From: Escherichia coli
GTDB lineage: Bacteria > Pseudomonadota > Gammaproteobacteria > Enterobacterales > Enterobacteriaceae
Assembly (NCBI RefSeq): GCF_013315695.1
Contig: NZ_CP054353.1
Direction: 5' to 3' (one strand)
Length of the DNA: 64,000 bases
The notes under the pieces: model-generated
Told to the model about the DNA's origin: nothing
Databases searched by the model: none
Seen by the model: only the letters and a program-made list of their open reading frames with translations
Made by a program: the position numbers and the translations under genes
Shown here: positions 38,749 through 50,849 of the stretch, in pieces
Layout of the letters: each line of letters begins with the position of its first letter
Position numbering within the stretch: the stretch's first letter is position 1

Positions 38749-39288
38749 CGTTATGATTCCCGGATCTGGCAGCCGCCCGCTCTCGCCAGGCAACAACCTC
38801 ACCAGGACTCATACCGAATATCTCTGCGGGCGACCAGTTAAAGACAACAGCGATATCAGCGACAAGCTCTTCGATATCGTCAAACAGGAGACGAATTACA
38901 TCACACCTGTATTCGTCTTTTTCTTGCCGGGCAAGGCCTTCGGCGAGAAAAAATACGTTGCCGCCGTGGAAAGCGCCCCGAAATCCTCCGTGCGCATGGT
39001 CGACAGTTCCGCTTCAGTAAGGCGGGGCTCTGTAACACGGCTGAGATAAACGCACATCGCGTTAAAGTTCAGGCTGTACAGGTGAGCCAGAGACAGACCA
39101 CGCAGTGAACCACTCTGACGGGCACGTTCGCCAATCTTCACATGTGTAATAACCTGTTCACCACGGACAACCGGAACGGTTAACTCAATGGGCTCACCGT
39201 TATAGGCAACCTCATTACCATCAGCAACATCAAAGTTGTCGACGTTATCAGCACCGGCAACCAGTACTTCGTTTTGTTTTTTTGACAT
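38741..39288 (-). CDS. gpE+E' produced by a programmed -1 frameshift
   Basis: Slippery T TTT TTC (complement of 38947-38953) in the 0-frame tat ttt ttc. The -1 frame continues ...LAEGLARQEKDEY...FNWSPAEIFGMSPGEVVAWRERAAARSGNHNDE* and ends overlapping the T start (gATGAGTAA). Confidence 0.75.
38896..39288 (-). CDS. gpE: Tail assembly chaperone (P2 gpE family)
   Basis: 130 aa, located between the tube and tape-measure genes. Confidence 0.85.
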   Translation of the reverse strand: MSKKQNEVLVAGADNVDNFDVADGNEVAYNGEPIELTVPVVRGEQVITHVKIGERARQSGSLRGLSLAHLYSLNFNAMCVYLSRVTEPRLTEAELSTMRTEDFGALSTAATYFFSPKALPGKKKTNTGVM

Positions 39289-39333
39289 TGTGAAATTCTC
39301 CTGGCGGCCACACGACCGCCGTCAGTCAGTTAA

Positions 39334-39846
39334 TCAGCCAAGTCCCAGCATGGAGCGGGTGCGATCAGGCAGCACATCCTTGCCATCAACGCGCCAGATG
39401 AAGTTCAGCACGTCGATTTCAATAACATCGCTGTTATCAACGCTGAGCTTGTACCAGGTGCATTTCATCGCGTAGGTGTGTTCGGTATCTTCACCCTGTT
39501 TGGCCTCGCCCTTGTCGATTTCGACAATGCGACCACGGGCTTCAATATCGACGTACTCAATCCCTTCTTCGGAATAGTATTCACCCGAGAAGCGCACGCG
39601 TACCGCATCAATGCCAGCGGCATATTTGGCAAAGATGTGACGATCCATACCGCCAACCGCAAAGGAGAGATCCAGCGCACCATCATCAAGACCGAGATCC
39701 ACCGCCGCAGAGCCTGGCATACCCGCACCACGATATGCTTCCGTCTTGCGGGTCAGTTTCGGTGGGGTGAAGGAGGTCACCTTACCCAGTTTGTTGTCAC
39801 CGTCCACAAAGACGGTAAACACACGAAGTTTTTTTGGTACGGCCAT
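39334..39846 (-). CDS. gpFII: Tail tube protein (P2 gpFII family)
   Basis: 170 aa, immediately after the sheath gene. Confidence 0.9.
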   Translation of the reverse strand: MAVPKKLRVFTVFVDGDNKLGKVTSFTPPKLTRKTEAYRGAGMPGSAAVDLGLDDGALDLSFAVGGMDRHIFAKYAAGIDAVRVRFSGEYYSEEGIEYVDIEARGRIVEIDKGEAKQGEDTEHTYAMKCTWYKLSVDNSDVIEIDVLNFIWRVDGKDVLPDRTRSMLGLG

Positions 39847-41039
39847 CAGCTACCTCCCAGAGATGCAAAAGCAGAGCCAAAGAACTCGTCGGTAAACGTC
39901 TGATAGAGTTCCATGCATTCCATCGGTGGTACGGGCGTGTATTTGTAGCGAATGCGCACAATGCCCTGACGAAGACTGGTCGTGTTGTTGTCGACAATAT
40001 CGAACCAGCATTCCGCCCCAATGAGTTTTCCGGCCGTGACCAGGGAATCCAGTTTCGCCTTGATGGCACTTACTGCATCTTTCGCATTGGAAGGTGTCAG
40101 AGGCGAATCCACCACCTGAAGCTGCGCCTCTGCGATACTGTCAGCCAGTTGTTGCGCCGTGCGGGTGTACACCTCAAAGATATACTCCGCTGTTTCCGGC
40201 GTACGGTTCCCCCAGAAACGGAAGGAGCCGTCACCCTGGTGAATAATCGTGGTCACCTCACTGCTGTTCAGCGTGTTGGCATCGCTGTTTTCATCCTGAA
40301 GCGACCAGGAAACCGACGCAGAGATCCCGAGAACATTCTTCACAGGGATGTTTGAAAGAGAGCGATGCCAGCCCTGTTCGTGGTCGATTCGGGCACGAAG
40401 ACCGCACGCATACGCCGCAGCCGGGAAAGTTTCACTTTTACCGGACACGGGGTTGAACGCCGTGAAATCAGGCCACAGGAGCATGATTTCACGCCCGGAA
40501 ATCTTTTTGCGGAATGCAATGGCATCGGACGGTTTTGTGCATGCCGGACAGCCGGAATACGCAAAAGCTCGCATTTTGCCCGCAATCGTCACCAGTGCCG
40601 CCGTAACGGCATCGGACTCAAGACCGGGCGCTGCCAGGATACGCGGACGACAGCCAATCCCCTCCATCTGTTCAGCGACCAGAAGGGCCTGCATCCCCGT
40701 GTAACTGCCATCAGACTCCACAGTACCAATAACAAGCTGGTCCTGTGTCTTCTGGTCTTCCGCCTCCTTCGCTTCGGCAACACGCACGACGATAACGCGC
40801 GTGCTGACCTGATCGGAGATAGCCTTAAGGGATTTGTAGAGCGTCCCCTTTGTGCCAGCCTTACCCAGAACATTATTGACTCGTGTTAACAGCACCGGCG
40901 TGTCAAGCGGGAACTGCTCTTCGTCAGCATCATCTGCAACAGCAATAAGCCCAATGACGCTGGAATCAACGTCATTAATTGCCGTCACCAGATCGGTGTT
41001 TTCCCTGACGCGCACACCGTGAAATCGTGTTTCAGCCAT
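39846..41039 (-). CDS. gpFI: Contractile tail sheath protein (P2 gpFI family)
   Basis: MAETRFHGVRV... aligns with P2 FI (HHGVQV..., PRILAAPGL, GWHRSLSN). The ORF could also start at 41051. Confidence 0.92.
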   Translation of the reverse strand: MAETRFHGVRVRENTDLVTAINDVDSSVIGLIAVADDADEEQFPLDTPVLLTRVNNVLGKAGTKGTLYKSLKAISDQVSTRVIVVRVAEAKEAEDQKTQDQLVIGTVESDGSYTGMQALLVAEQMEGIGCRPRILAAPGLESDAVTAALVTIAGKMRAFAYSGCPACTKPSDAIAFRKKISGREIMLLWPDFTAFNPVSGKSETFPAAAYACGLRARIDHEQGWHRSLSNIPVKNVLGISASVSWSLQDENSDANTLNSSEVTTIIHQGDGSFRFWGNRTPETAEYIFEVYTRTAQQLADSIAEAQLQVVDSPLTPSNAKDAVSAIKAKLDSLVTAGKLIGAECWFDIVDNNTTSLRQGIVRIRYKYTPVPPMECMELYQTFTDEFFGSAFASLGGS

Positions 41040-41114
41040 ACGATTCACCATCAGTTGTGTTTATGTTCGCCGGAATCATCCATGACTGGCGCGCAGATCT
41101 CACGCGTTGGGGGG

Positions 41115-41132
41115 TGTGAGGGGGTTCTTACA
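41115..41132. promoter_or_regulatory. Ogr/Delta-type late activator box TGT-N12-ACA shared by divergent FI and D
   Basis: tgtgagggggttcttaca, with GATGAT -10-like hexamers at mirrored offsets (41167-41172 on the plus strand; complement of 41075-41080). Confidence 0.6.
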
Positions 41133-41191
41133 ACAGAACCGAACGGAAACGACCGGAACTGCGTGGGATGATACGTATACGGGAGGGCTGC

Positions 41192-42337
41192 ATGAACATC
41201 ACTGAATCACTGACACTTCACATCAACAGTGCACTGGATACCGCAGAAGACACAGTGCGGGTACCGGATTTCAGTATCACACTGGAAGGGCGGGATGCCA
41301 GCCTGAAAAACATCACGCAGCGCATCATGCGTCTCACCATGACAGACAACAGGGGATTTGAGGCCGACAGGGTGACACTGGAAATCGACGACGCTGACGG
41401 TGAGGTGGTTCTTCCGGAACGCGGCACCCGATTATCGCTGACCATGGGATGGAAAGGGGGAAGCCTGACAAACAAAGGGACGTTTGTTGTGGATGAAGTG
41501 GCGCACGACGGACCACCGGATAAGCTCACCATCTCCGCGAACAGCGCGGATTTTCGCGAAGAGTTTAACGTGAAACGCGAAGTCTCCTGGCATGACGTGA
41601 CGGTGGAGCGCGTGGTGTCTGCCATTGCCCACCGTTACGGACTGAAGGCACAAATCAGCGAGATGTTGATGGATATTGAAATCGACCATGCAGACCAGAC
41701 AGAGGAAAGTGATATGTCATTCCTCACTCGCATGGCCGACATGCTGGGTGCAATAGCCACCGTAAAAAACGGGTGTCTGCTGTTCATTCTGCCGGGAGGC
41801 GGCGTCACCGCCAGCGGTCGCGCCCTCCCCTCATTCGCCCTGACCCGCTCTGACGGAGACGGCCACCGCTTTCGCATTGCTGACAGAAACGCCTATACCG
41901 GAGTGAAGGCCCACTGGCTGGATTTAAAGTTCGGTCAGAAGAAGGCCGTGAACGTGAAAAAGCGAAACGCGCAAACCACGAAGAAGCCGGAGAAAAGCAG
42001 TGCGCGGGAAGGTGGTTACATGGAAGGCGCAGAGGGTAACGTGTATGTACTGAGAAAAACCTACCCGAACGAAGAAGCCGCGCGTCGTGCAGCTGCCGCA
42101 CGCTGGCAGCAACTTCAGCGGGGCGCAGCGGAATTCAGTATCACGCTGGCGCGCGGACGTGCTGACCTGTATCCGGAGATGCACGGCACGGTATCCGGAT
42201 TCAAGAGCGACATTGACAACCAGGACTGGATTATTTCGCGCATTGAGCACGTCATCGACGACAGCGGCTTCACCACCAGACTGGAGCTGGAAGCAAAAAT
42301 CGCAGACTGGATAGCAGAGAGTAACACGACTGGCTAG
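41192..42337 (+). CDS. gpD: Tail protein / late control protein D (P2 gpD family)
   Basis: About 381 aa from MNITESL with a gggaggg SD. Confidence 0.9.
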   Translation: MNITESLTLHINSALDTAEDTVRVPDFSITLEGRDASLKNITQRIMRLTMTDNRGFEADRVTLEIDDADGEVVLPERGTRLSLTMGWKGGSLTNKGTFVVDEVAHDGPPDKLTISANSADFREEFNVKREVSWHDVTVERVVSAIAHRYGLKAQISEMLMDIEIDHADQTEESDMSFLTRMADMLGAIATVKNGCLLFILPGGGVTASGRALPSFALTRSDGDGHRFRIADRNAYTGVKAHWLDLKFGQKKAVNVKKRNAQTTKKPEKSSAREGGYMEGAEGNVYVLRKTYPNEEAARRAAAARWQQLQRGAAEFSITLARGRADLYPEMHGTVSGFKSDIDNQDWIISRIEHVIDDSGFTTRLELEAKIADWIAESNTTG

Positions 42338-42378
42338 AATGAGCGCGAGCCCACCCCGTTTCAGCCAGGGGGACCATC

Positions 42379-42681
42379 ATGCATCCTTGCCCATACTGCG
42401 GAGCAAGCACCCGCACCAGAACAAGCCGCAACGCCAACGACACAGGAACAATCAGGGAGAAATACTATCAGTGCAACAACATTGAATGCAGCGCAACCTT
42501 TGTGACGCACGAGTTTGTCGTGAGAACCGTATGCCGTCCGCAACCCACCGAAGAACGGGGAATCATCCCCACAGACGCTTTCAAATCATGCCACCGGGGA
42601 AGGGAACAACTCAGCCTCCCCCTGGGCGATTGCTCCTCCCAGTCAAAAACTGTACATTACGCGCGGGTGCCTTTCGGCTGA
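42379..42681 (+). CDS. ogr: Ogr/Delta zinc-finger late transcription activator
   Basis: MHPCPYCGASTRTRTSR...YYQCNNIECSATFVTHE compared with P2 Ogr CPLC...YHQCQNVNCSATF. Confidence 0.9.
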   Translation: MHPCPYCGASTRTRTSRNANDTGTIREKYYQCNNIECSATFVTHEFVVRTVCRPQPTEERGIIPTDAFKSCHRGREQLSLPLGDCSSQSKTVHYARVPFG

Positions 42682-42812
42682 CGGCTGGAAGGATTACCTG
42701 AAGGCCGGATGTGGAAAGGCCCCGAGTCAAACATATTGTTTAACCCGAGGCCCTAACCATCCAACCGTGACAAGTGGAAGGTTAGCGCCTCTTTGAAAAA
42801 GGAGCAAGCGCT

Positions 42813-42953
42813 ATGCCGCAAAAAACGATCATCGTGAGCATTTTATGCTTAACCATGTTGTTGACCGTCTGGATGATACACCGTTCGCCGTGTGAATTCA
42901 GACTTAACATCATGTGGTCAGAATTTGCGGCGTTCTTGCAGTGTAAACCGTAA
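42813..42953 (+). CDS. Hok/Gef-family type I toxin (46 aa)
   Basis: MPQKTIIVSILCLTMLLTVWMIHRSPCEFRLNIMWSEFAAFLQCKP has a TM helix plus the R-S-x-C-E-x-R ... E-x-AAF pattern of Hok. aaggag SD. Below the ORF-track cutoff. Confidence 0.7.
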   Translation: MPQKTIIVSILCLTMLLTVWMIHRSPCEFRLNIMWSEFAAFLQCKP

Positions 42954-43048
42954 GAAACCGCAGCGGGGGTGAAAGCCCCCGCTATCCGGTTGTTAAAGGT
43001 TCAGTCGAAAGTCGCACCCTTGCATGCAAGTCACAAAGAAAAAACAAA

Positions 43049-43078
43049 GCCCGTAGCGTAAAAACTGCGGGCTTTTTT
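43049..43078 (+). terminator. Intrinsic terminator at the end of the hok-like transcript
   Basis: gcccgtag-cgtaaaaa-ctgcgggc followed by tttttt. Confidence 0.65.
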
Positions 43079-43149
43079 GTTTCAAAGATGGACGTTATAT
43101 GGACACCTGAAAATAAATTCCTTTTATTTTCAATTAATTAACATAATGC

Positions 43150-43165
43150 AAAAAGCGCCCGCAGG
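43150..43165. repeat. attR core inside the serS terminator
   Basis: aaaaagcgcccgcagg, which continues as the hairpin gcgcccgcaggcgc plus ttttt (terminator for minus-strand serS). Confidence 0.75.
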
Positions 43166-43193
43166 CGCTTTTTAGATTCAGAAAAATTGGGTA

Positions 43194-44507
<1,314 letters not shown>

Positions 44508-44576
44508 TTAAATGGGAGATGTGGCCACAGCCTGCGACCACAGGGATACAGTAACAACATTACCGCAACGATAACA

Positions 44577-45920
44577 TTAACGGTAGCGTTTTATGGGGCT
44601 ATTTTGATCCTGTTCAGCCAGCCAGGCGAGCTTTTCGCCAATCTTGCCTTCAAGGCCCCTGTTTGTCGGGAAATAATAGCGTGTTTGTGCTATTTCCGGC
44701 GGGAAATAAACCTCACCGGCAGCATAAGCGTTTGCTTCATCATGAGCGTAACGATATTCCTGCCCGTAGCCCATTTCCTTCATTAATTTCGTCGGCGCAT
44801 TACGCAAATGAACCGGCACGTCATAATCCGGACGTTCGCGAGCATCGGCCAGCGCGGCTTTAAACGCGGTGTAGACAGCGTTGCTTTTTGGCGCGCAGGC
44901 GAGGTAAACAATCGCCTGAGCAATGGCGCGTTCACCTTCCGCCGGGCCAACGCGAGTAAAGCAATCCCAGGCCGCAATTGCCACCTGCATCGCTCGTGGA
45001 TCAGCATTACCCACATCTTCCGACGCTATCGCCAGACAGCGACGCGCGACATATAACGGATCGCCTCCGGCAGTAATAATTCGCGCATACCAGTACAGCG
45101 CCGCATCGGGTGCGCTACCACGTACCGACTTATGCAGTGCGGAAATGAGATCGTAAAAGCGATCGCCTTTGTTATCAAAGCGGGCGCTACGTTCACCGGC
45201 GATTTCGGTCAGTAATTCAGGTTTCAGGACCCGCTTACCGCTATCATCGACTTCGGCCATATCCGCCATCATTTCCAGCGTATTTAACGCCCGGCGCGCG
45301 TCGCCATTCACCAGTTCAGCAATGGCGCGTCGTGTTTCATCTGGCAGAACAATATCCTGACCACCATAGCCACGGGTCTTGTCTTCCATCGCCTGAGTTA
45401 GTACTTGCTCAATATCCTTTGTACTGAGGGATTTCAGCAGATAGACACGGGCACGGGAAAGCAGTGCCGAATTAAGCTCAAATGACGGGTTTTCAGTGGT
45501 TGCGCCAATAAAAGTGATGGTGCCGTCTTCAATATGTGGCAGAAATGCATCCTGCTGGCTTTTGTTGAAACGGTGAACTTCGTCAACAAAAAGAATAGTG
45601 CGGCGACCTGCATTGCGGTTTTGCCGAGCGCGCTCAATCGCCTCGCGAATCTCTTTCACGCCAGAGGTGACAGCAGAAATACGTTCCACATCAGCGTTCG
45701 CATAGCGGGCAATCACTTCAGCGAGGGTTGTTTTGCCGGTACCCGGTGGCCCCCAGAGGATCATAGAATGCAAATGCCCGGCTTCGATAGCGCGCGGCAA
45801 CGGCTTCCCCGCAGCCAGCAAATGTTGCTGGCCGATATACTGTGCTAAATTTTCTGGCCGCATACGCGCGGCCAGAGGTTGAAAAGTATTATCCGAAAAA
45901 TCGAGCGACAGATTGCTCAC
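44577..45920 (-). CDS. rarA: Replication-associated recombination protein A (AAA+ ATPase)
   Basis: 447 aa with Walker [10 protein letters not shown]. Confidence 0.97.
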   Translation of the reverse strand: MSNLSLDFSDNTFQPLAARMRPENLAQYIGQQHLLAAGKPLPRAIEAGHLHSMILWGPPGTGKTTLAEVIARYANADVERISAVTSGVKEIREAIERARQNRNAGRRTILFVDEVHRFNKSQQDAFLPHIEDGTITFIGATTENPSFELNSALLSRARVYLLKSLSTKDIEQVLTQAMEDKTRGYGGQDIVLPDETRRAIAELVNGDARRALNTLEMMADMAEVDDSGKRVLKPELLTEIAGERSARFDNKGDRFYDLISALHKSVRGSAPDAALYWYARIITAGGDPLYVARRCLAIASEDVGNADPRAMQVAIAAWDCFTRVGPAEGERAIAQAIVYLACAPKSNAVYTAFKAALADARERPDYDVPVHLRNAPTKLMKEMGYGQEYRYAHDEANAYAAGEVYFPPEIAQTRYYFPTNRGLEGKIGEKLAWLAEQDQNSPIKRYR

Positions 45921-45930
45921 TCAGGTGCCT

Positions 45931-46542
45931 CTACTTACGTTGATCATCTACCGTGACGCCTTGCGGCGGGGTGAAGGTAAATTTCGCTGCATCCACAGCC
46001 CCATTTTGCTGGGATTTCAGCTGATAACTGCTGCGCTGATCGTCCTGCTCCACCGCGCTAAACTGATGGATTGTGCCATCACGTCCCACGTTAATGGTGA
46101 ACTGCTTCAGATTGCCATTGCTGGCTTTCGGCGTCAGGACAAAGTCATCGCCATTCTGTTTGATATTGTACTGCTGCCAGTCGCTGGACTGGTTGCGGGC
46201 AATCAGCATAAACGGCGTATTACCGGTGGCATCTTTCAGCCAGGTTGCCGTAGCTTGCTCAACGAACGGGTTATAGAACCACAGTGTTTTACCGTCAGAA
46301 ACCAGAATGCTTTCGTCAGGTTGAGTCATATGCCAGTTGAATAAGTTTGGACGTTTCACCCACAGATCGCCCTGACCTTCCTGCACCGCCGCGCCGCTAC
46401 CGTCAGTCACTTTTTGTGTGAAGCTGGCGTGGAAGCTGCTGACTTTATCCAGGCGGCTTTTCAGATCGCTTGCGGCATCAGCCCAAACGCTGCTTGCTAC
46501 TAAGCTTGAGAGTAATGCACAGGTGATAGCAATTTTTTTCAT
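45931..46542 (-). CDS. lolA: Outer-membrane lipoprotein carrier protein
   Basis: [21 protein letters not shown] signal peptide, 203 aa. Confidence 0.97.
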
Positions 46543-46652
46543 CATTATTCCTCAAATTACGTCACTCCCGACCGGGAGCTCCCTCTACTCTCTATTCCAG
46601 GCTAATAATCAGCTTGAGGAAAGAAGAAAATACTGAATTTTCAGTTGATAGA

Positions 46653-46690
46653 GTGCCGGATGCGACGCTACCGCGCCTTTTCCGGCATAC
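46653..46690. repeat. REP (BIME) element
   Basis: gtgccggatgcgacgctaccgcgccttttccggcatac, a canonical REP-type imperfect palindrome. Confidence 0.7.
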
Positions 46691-46700
46691 GATGCATTAA

Positions 46701-49700
46701 TTAGTCAAACGGCGGTGGGGCCAGCACTTCACGATTACCGTTGTGCCCCTGTTCGCTGACAATCCCCTGCGCTTCCATCTGTTCGATAATACGCGCTGCA
46801 CGGTTATAACCAATGCGGAACTGACGCTGTACGCCAGAAATTGATGCTTTGCGTTTTTCAGTGACAAACTGCACCGCCTGATCGAACAACGGATCCAGTT
46901 CTTCAGCGCCATCGAAACCGCCCGCGCCACCTTCGCTTTCACTGTCGGAGGTGATGCCATCAACATACTGTGGGCGGCCACGCGCTTTCCAGTCCTGCAC
47001 CACGGCATGAACTTCCTGATCGCGAACAAAAGCACCATGAACACGTACCGGCAACGTGGAGTTCGGCCCAGAGTAAAGCATATCCCCCATACCCAGCAGT
47101 GATTCCGCGCCAGCCTGATCAAGAATGGTACGTGAGTCAATCTTACTGGATACGGTAAAGGCGATACGGGTCGGAATATTCGCTTTAATCAGACCAGTAA
47201 TAACATCAACCGATGGACGCTGCGTTGCCAGTACGAGGTGGATACCCGCGGCACGGGCTTTTTGCGCCAGACGTGCTATCAGCTCTTCCACTTTTTTACC
47301 TACCGTCATCATCAGGTCGGCAAATTCGTCCACCAACACCACAATGTACGGTTCTTTTTTCAGCACCGGATGCTGGGCATCCATACTGTCACCCGGCTTC
47401 CAGTACGGGTCTGGAATCGGACGCATCATCCTATCGGCTTCAGCAATTTTTTCGTTATAACCCGCCAGATTACGCACACCCAGCGCAGACATCAGTTTAT
47501 AACGACGCTCCATCTCGTTAACACACCAGCGCAGCGCGTTGGCGGCATCTTTCATATCAGTAACGACTTCCGTTAACAGATGCGGAATGCCTTCATAAAC
47601 CGAAAGCTCCAGCATTTTCGGGTCGATCATGATGAAACGAACATCTTCTGGCTGTGCTTTATAAAGCATGCTCAGGATCATCGCGTTCACACCGACAGAC
47701 TTACCGGAACCGGTAGTCCCCGCAACCAACAAGTGCGGCATTTTTGCCAGATCGGCAACCACCGGCTCACCGGCGATATCTTTACCCAGCACCACGGTTA
47801 ATGGCGACGGATTATCGCGGAATTTGGCGTTATCCAAAACTTCGCGCAGATAAACGGTTTGTCGTTTTTTATTCGGTAACTCCAGACCTACATAGGGTTT
47901 GCCAGGAATAACTTCAACGACACGCACCGCCACCGTCGAAAGTGAACGGGCAAGGTCCCGTGACAAGTTAGAAATGCGCGCCGCTTTTACGCCAGGTGCC
48001 AGGTTAAGTTCAAAGCGAGTGATAACTGGCCCCGGAGAGTAATTGACGACATCGGCTTTAATACGGAAATCAGCCAGACGCGCTTCCACCAGACGCGCCA
48101 TTTGTTCAAGCGCAAAGGTATCTACCGGCTCCACTTCGCTCGGCGGAGGTGTCAACAAATCCAGAGAAGGCAGCGGCGTCGTCGGTTTATGCAACGGACG
48201 GCTGTCGCCATTACGCATCAACAGCGGATGAAGCAGGGTATCCTGCGGCTGTGGCGCAACTGGCTGTTGTGGCTGCTGATACTGCGGCTGCGGCGCAACT
48301 GGCTGTTGTGGCTGCTGATATTGCTGCTGCGGCGCAACCGGTTGTTGTGGCTGCTGATACTGCGGCTGCGGCGCAACTGGCTGTTGCGGCTGCTGATATT
48401 GCGGCTGTGGTGCAACCGGCTGTTGCGGCTGCTGATATTGCTGCTGCGGTGCAACCGGCTGTTGCGGCTGCTGATATTGCTGCTGCGGTGCAACCGGCTG
48501 TTGCGGCTGCTGATACTGCGGCTGCGGCGCAACTGGTTGCTGCGGCTGCTGATACTGTTGCTGCGGTGCAATCGGTTGTTGCGGCTGCTGTACAGGTTCA
48601 ACAATTGGCGTAAACAGCGGTTCGTGTGGACCATCATCCAGCAATGCTTTCATTGGCGAAAATTCAAAATCATCCAGAGTGAACGGATTCGCCCCAGCCG
48701 GTTGTTCGCCGGAATAACGTTGTTGTTGAGTTTGAGCAAACTGACGAGCCAGTTCAGCCTCTGCCGCAGCATCTGCATCTTCTGCGTTCACGGGCACATC
48801 ATGTTGATACTGTTCGCCGTAGCGTTGCTGCTGTGTCTGGGCGAATTGACGCGCCAGTTCATCCTGCTGCATCGCATCGATTTCATCATCGTTATACTGA
48901 TCGCCAGAATCATACTGATTGCGCTGGGCTTCACGGGCTTTTTCTTCTGCCGCACGCTGTGAGGGCAGCTTAATACCGTAAGACGCCAGTTCACGACGAG
49001 TTGGCACGCGGATGCGTTTCGGTCGTGGCAACTGGGGGCCAATCCCCTCTTTGACCTGTGGACGCGGTCCACCGCTATTTGCCAGACTGAAGACTGGCGC
49101 GGCAACGGTTGCGGCAGCCCCCGTCGCCAGTGTCGCTTTTTTCACGCCAGATGCCAGCGGAGAAACGGCGGCAGCGGCTTCCACTGGAGGTACTGCTGCA
49201 ACAGAAGGTGCTTTTAGCGAAGATTTGATCGGTTCTGGTTCTTTAACAGGTTCTGGAATCGGTTGATACCAGGCCGCAAGTTGTTCACGTTCACGGGCAC
49301 GCTTCTCTTCCACTTCTTCAAAATAGTAAAGCGGCGGACGCGCGGGTTTTGTCTCTTCTACAACGGGTTCAGGCTCCACAACAGGCTGCTGTTCAACGGG
49401 TTGCGGCTGTTGGTACAACGGCTCCTGAGCGGCTGGCTGCTGATAAGTTTGCTCCGTCTGGTATGTAGACTGTGGAGCAAAAGTGGATTGCTGCTCTTCG
49501 GCTTGCCAGGCGTTACCTGCCACCGATTGTTCTGGCGCAGGGGCGTAATACGGCTGTTGCGCAGACTGTTCCGGCGCAGGAGCGTAGTAAGGTTGTTGCG
49601 CAGATTGTTCAGCTGCAGGTGCATAATACGGCTGCTGTGGCTGTACTGGTTGTTGCAGCGGCTCATTATATTGCACTGCAGGCTGCGCATATTGTGGCTG

Positions 49701-50849
49701 CTGTGGGTAACCTTCCGGTGCAGGAGCAATAACCGGCTCTCCCGTTTGTGGCCCCGGTACAGGCTGCCAGGCTACTGTAGGTTGTGCAGGTGGAACATCA
49801 ACAGAGGCAACAGGCGGCGTCTGAGTCACAGGTTCAACCGGCGCAGCCCAGCTTTGTGTCGCCGTGGTAGCAGCAGCTGCTACAGCAACAGGTTCGGTAA
49901 TTGGCGCACCGTTTAATAATGGATCGTACTCGTCATATTCTGGCTGCGTTGCACGATTGCCCGAAAAGAGGACGTCGTCAGGGTCGGCAGCCACACCGCG
50001 TGCAGTGTAGGTAATCTCTTCGTCATCATCCATCCGCTTACCGGAGAACAACGCAGCGTCTGTTTGCCGCCCCATCGGATTAATGAATTTTTCCGCCAAC
50101 CGTTTACGACGCGCTAGCGCGCCGCGAAGAATACGGGCACGGCGTGATTCATGCTGTTTGCCGTGACTTTCATCTTCTTCATATTCTTCGTCGTCTTCAT
50201 ACTCATCTTCATCGACCCAGGTATCATCGCGACGGGTACGATTACTGGCGAAGGTAAGAATATTTAAAATCCAGCCGCCGAGTTTTTCAGCAATGGTCAC
50301 CCATGACCAACCGGTGAACAGCGTCAGGCCCGCTGCCCAAACGCAGAGCAGTGCAATAGTTCCCCCGCTACTGTGTAGCAGTGGTTGTAGCGTAGTGCTC
50401 AGTAAGCTGCCAATGACGCCACCGGAGGCAAAATACCAGATATCGTCAGCGTTGATTGCCGCCAGACCACAGGAGGTAAGGATGAGCGCCAAAACGCCAA
50501 TGATGCGTAGCGAAACGGCAAAATAATCAATGTATTCGTCGCTGGACTGATGACGCCAGGCAAACCAACAACCGCCGACAATAATGACGGGAATGGTGTA
50601 AGCCATCACGCCAAAAATAAAGAACAGCGTATCTGCCAGCCATGCACCGGGCATCCCACCTAAATTATGGATAGGTTCATGCCAGGCCGTTTGCGACCAG
50701 CTGGGGTCCGAAGGGTTAAAGCTTAGTAAGGCAGCCATCAACCAGACGGCAAACAGGACAATAAGGATCAGCAACGCCTCCAGAAGGCGGCGGCCGCTAC
50801 TTAACTTTGTCAATGTGACTTCTTTGTCTTCAGTGTATTCCTGGCTCAA
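46701..50849 (-). CDS. ftsK: DNA translocase FtsK (long-linker allele, 1382 aa)
   Basis: N-terminal 4-TM domain, a Pro/Gln-rich linker, the C-terminal motor with Walker A GTTGSGKS, and the gamma domain. Confidence 0.98.
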   Translation of the reverse strand: MSQEYTEDKEVTLTKLSSGRRLLEALLILIVLFAVWLMAALLSFNPSDPSWSQTAWHEPIHNLGGMPGAWLADTLFFIFGVMAYTIPVIIVGGCWFAWRHQSSDEYIDYFAVSLRIIGVLALILTSCGLAAINADDIWYFASGGVIGSLLSTTLQPLLHSSGGTIALLCVWAAGLTLFTGWSWVTIAEKLGGWILNILTFASNRTRRDDTWVDEDEYEDDEEYEEDESHGKQHESRRARILRGALARRKRLAEKFINPMGRQTDAALFSGKRMDDDEEITYTARGVAADPDDVLFSGNRATQPEYDEYDPLLNGAPITEPVAVAAAATTATQSWAAPVEPVTQTPPVASVDVPPAQPTVAWQPVPGPQTGEPVIAPAPEGYPQQPQYAQPAVQYNEPLQQPVQPQQPYYAPAAEQSAQQPYYAPAPEQSAQQPYYAPAPEQSVAGNAWQAEEQQSTFAPQSTYQTEQTYQQPAAQEPLYQQPQPVEQQPVVEPEPVVEETKPARPPLYYFEEVEEKRAREREQLAAWYQPIPEPVKEPEPIKSSLKAPSVAAVPPVEAAAAVSPLASGVKKATLATGAAATVAAPVFSLANSGGPRPQVKEGIGPQLPRPKRIRVPTRRELASYGIKLPSQRAAEEKAREAQRNQYDSGDQYNDDEIDAMQQDELARQFAQTQQQRYGEQYQHDVPVNAEDADAAAEAELARQFAQTQQQRYSGEQPAGANPFTLDDFEFSPMKALLDDGPHEPLFTPIVEPVQQPQQPIAPQQQYQQPQQPVAPQPQYQQPQQPVAPQQQYQQPQQPVAPQQQYQQPQQPVAPQPQYQQPQQPVAPQPQYQQPQQPVAPQQQYQQPQQPVAPQPQYQQPQQPVAPQPQDTLLHPLLMRNGDSRPLHKPTTPLPSLDLLTPPPSEVEPVDTFALEQMARLVEARLADFRIKADVVNYSPGPVITRFELNLAPGVKAARISNLSRDLARSLSTVAVRVVEVIPGKPYVGLELPNKKRQTVYLREVLDNAKFRDNPSPLTVVLGKDIAGEPVVADLAKMPHLLVAGTTGSGKSVGVNAMILSMLYKAQPEDVRFIMIDPKMLELSVYEGIPHLLTEVVTDMKDAANALRWCVNEMERRYKLMSALGVRNLAGYNEKIAEADRMMRPIPDPYWKPGDSMDAQHPVLKKEPYIVVLVDEFADLMMTVGKKVEELIARLAQKARAAGIHLVLATQRPSVDVITGLIKANIPTRIAFTVSSKIDSRTILDQAGAESLLGMGDMLYSGPNSTLPVRVHGAFVRDQEVHAVVQDWKARGRPQYVDGITSDSESEGGAGGFDGAEELDPLFDQAVQFVTEKRKASISGVQRQFRIGYNRAARIIEQMEAQGIVSEQGHNGNREVLAPPPFD
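48244..48594. repeat. In-frame 39-bp tandem repeat x9 inside the ftsK linker
   Basis: Encodes nine units of [10 protein letters not shown](P/Q)QY. Confidence 0.9.

Larger units (their letters stand above)
4323..43165. mobile_element. P2-like prophage (~38.8 kb) integrated in the serS terminator
   Basis: Int at the left end and ogr at the right end, with a full set of P2-type replication, head, lysis and tail homologues. A 16-bp direct repeat lies at both junctions. The flanks (dmsA, serS) are adjacent in K-12. Confidence 0.93.

Noticed and set aside
48102-49916. Multiple long ORFs on both strands inside ftsK (for example 286 aa at 48102..48962 and 217 aa at 49263..49916).
   Set aside because: They are periodic Leu/Arg or Ala/Val strings produced by reading the 39-bp Pro/Gln repeats in other frames. 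They lie entirely within a well-supported ftsK frame.
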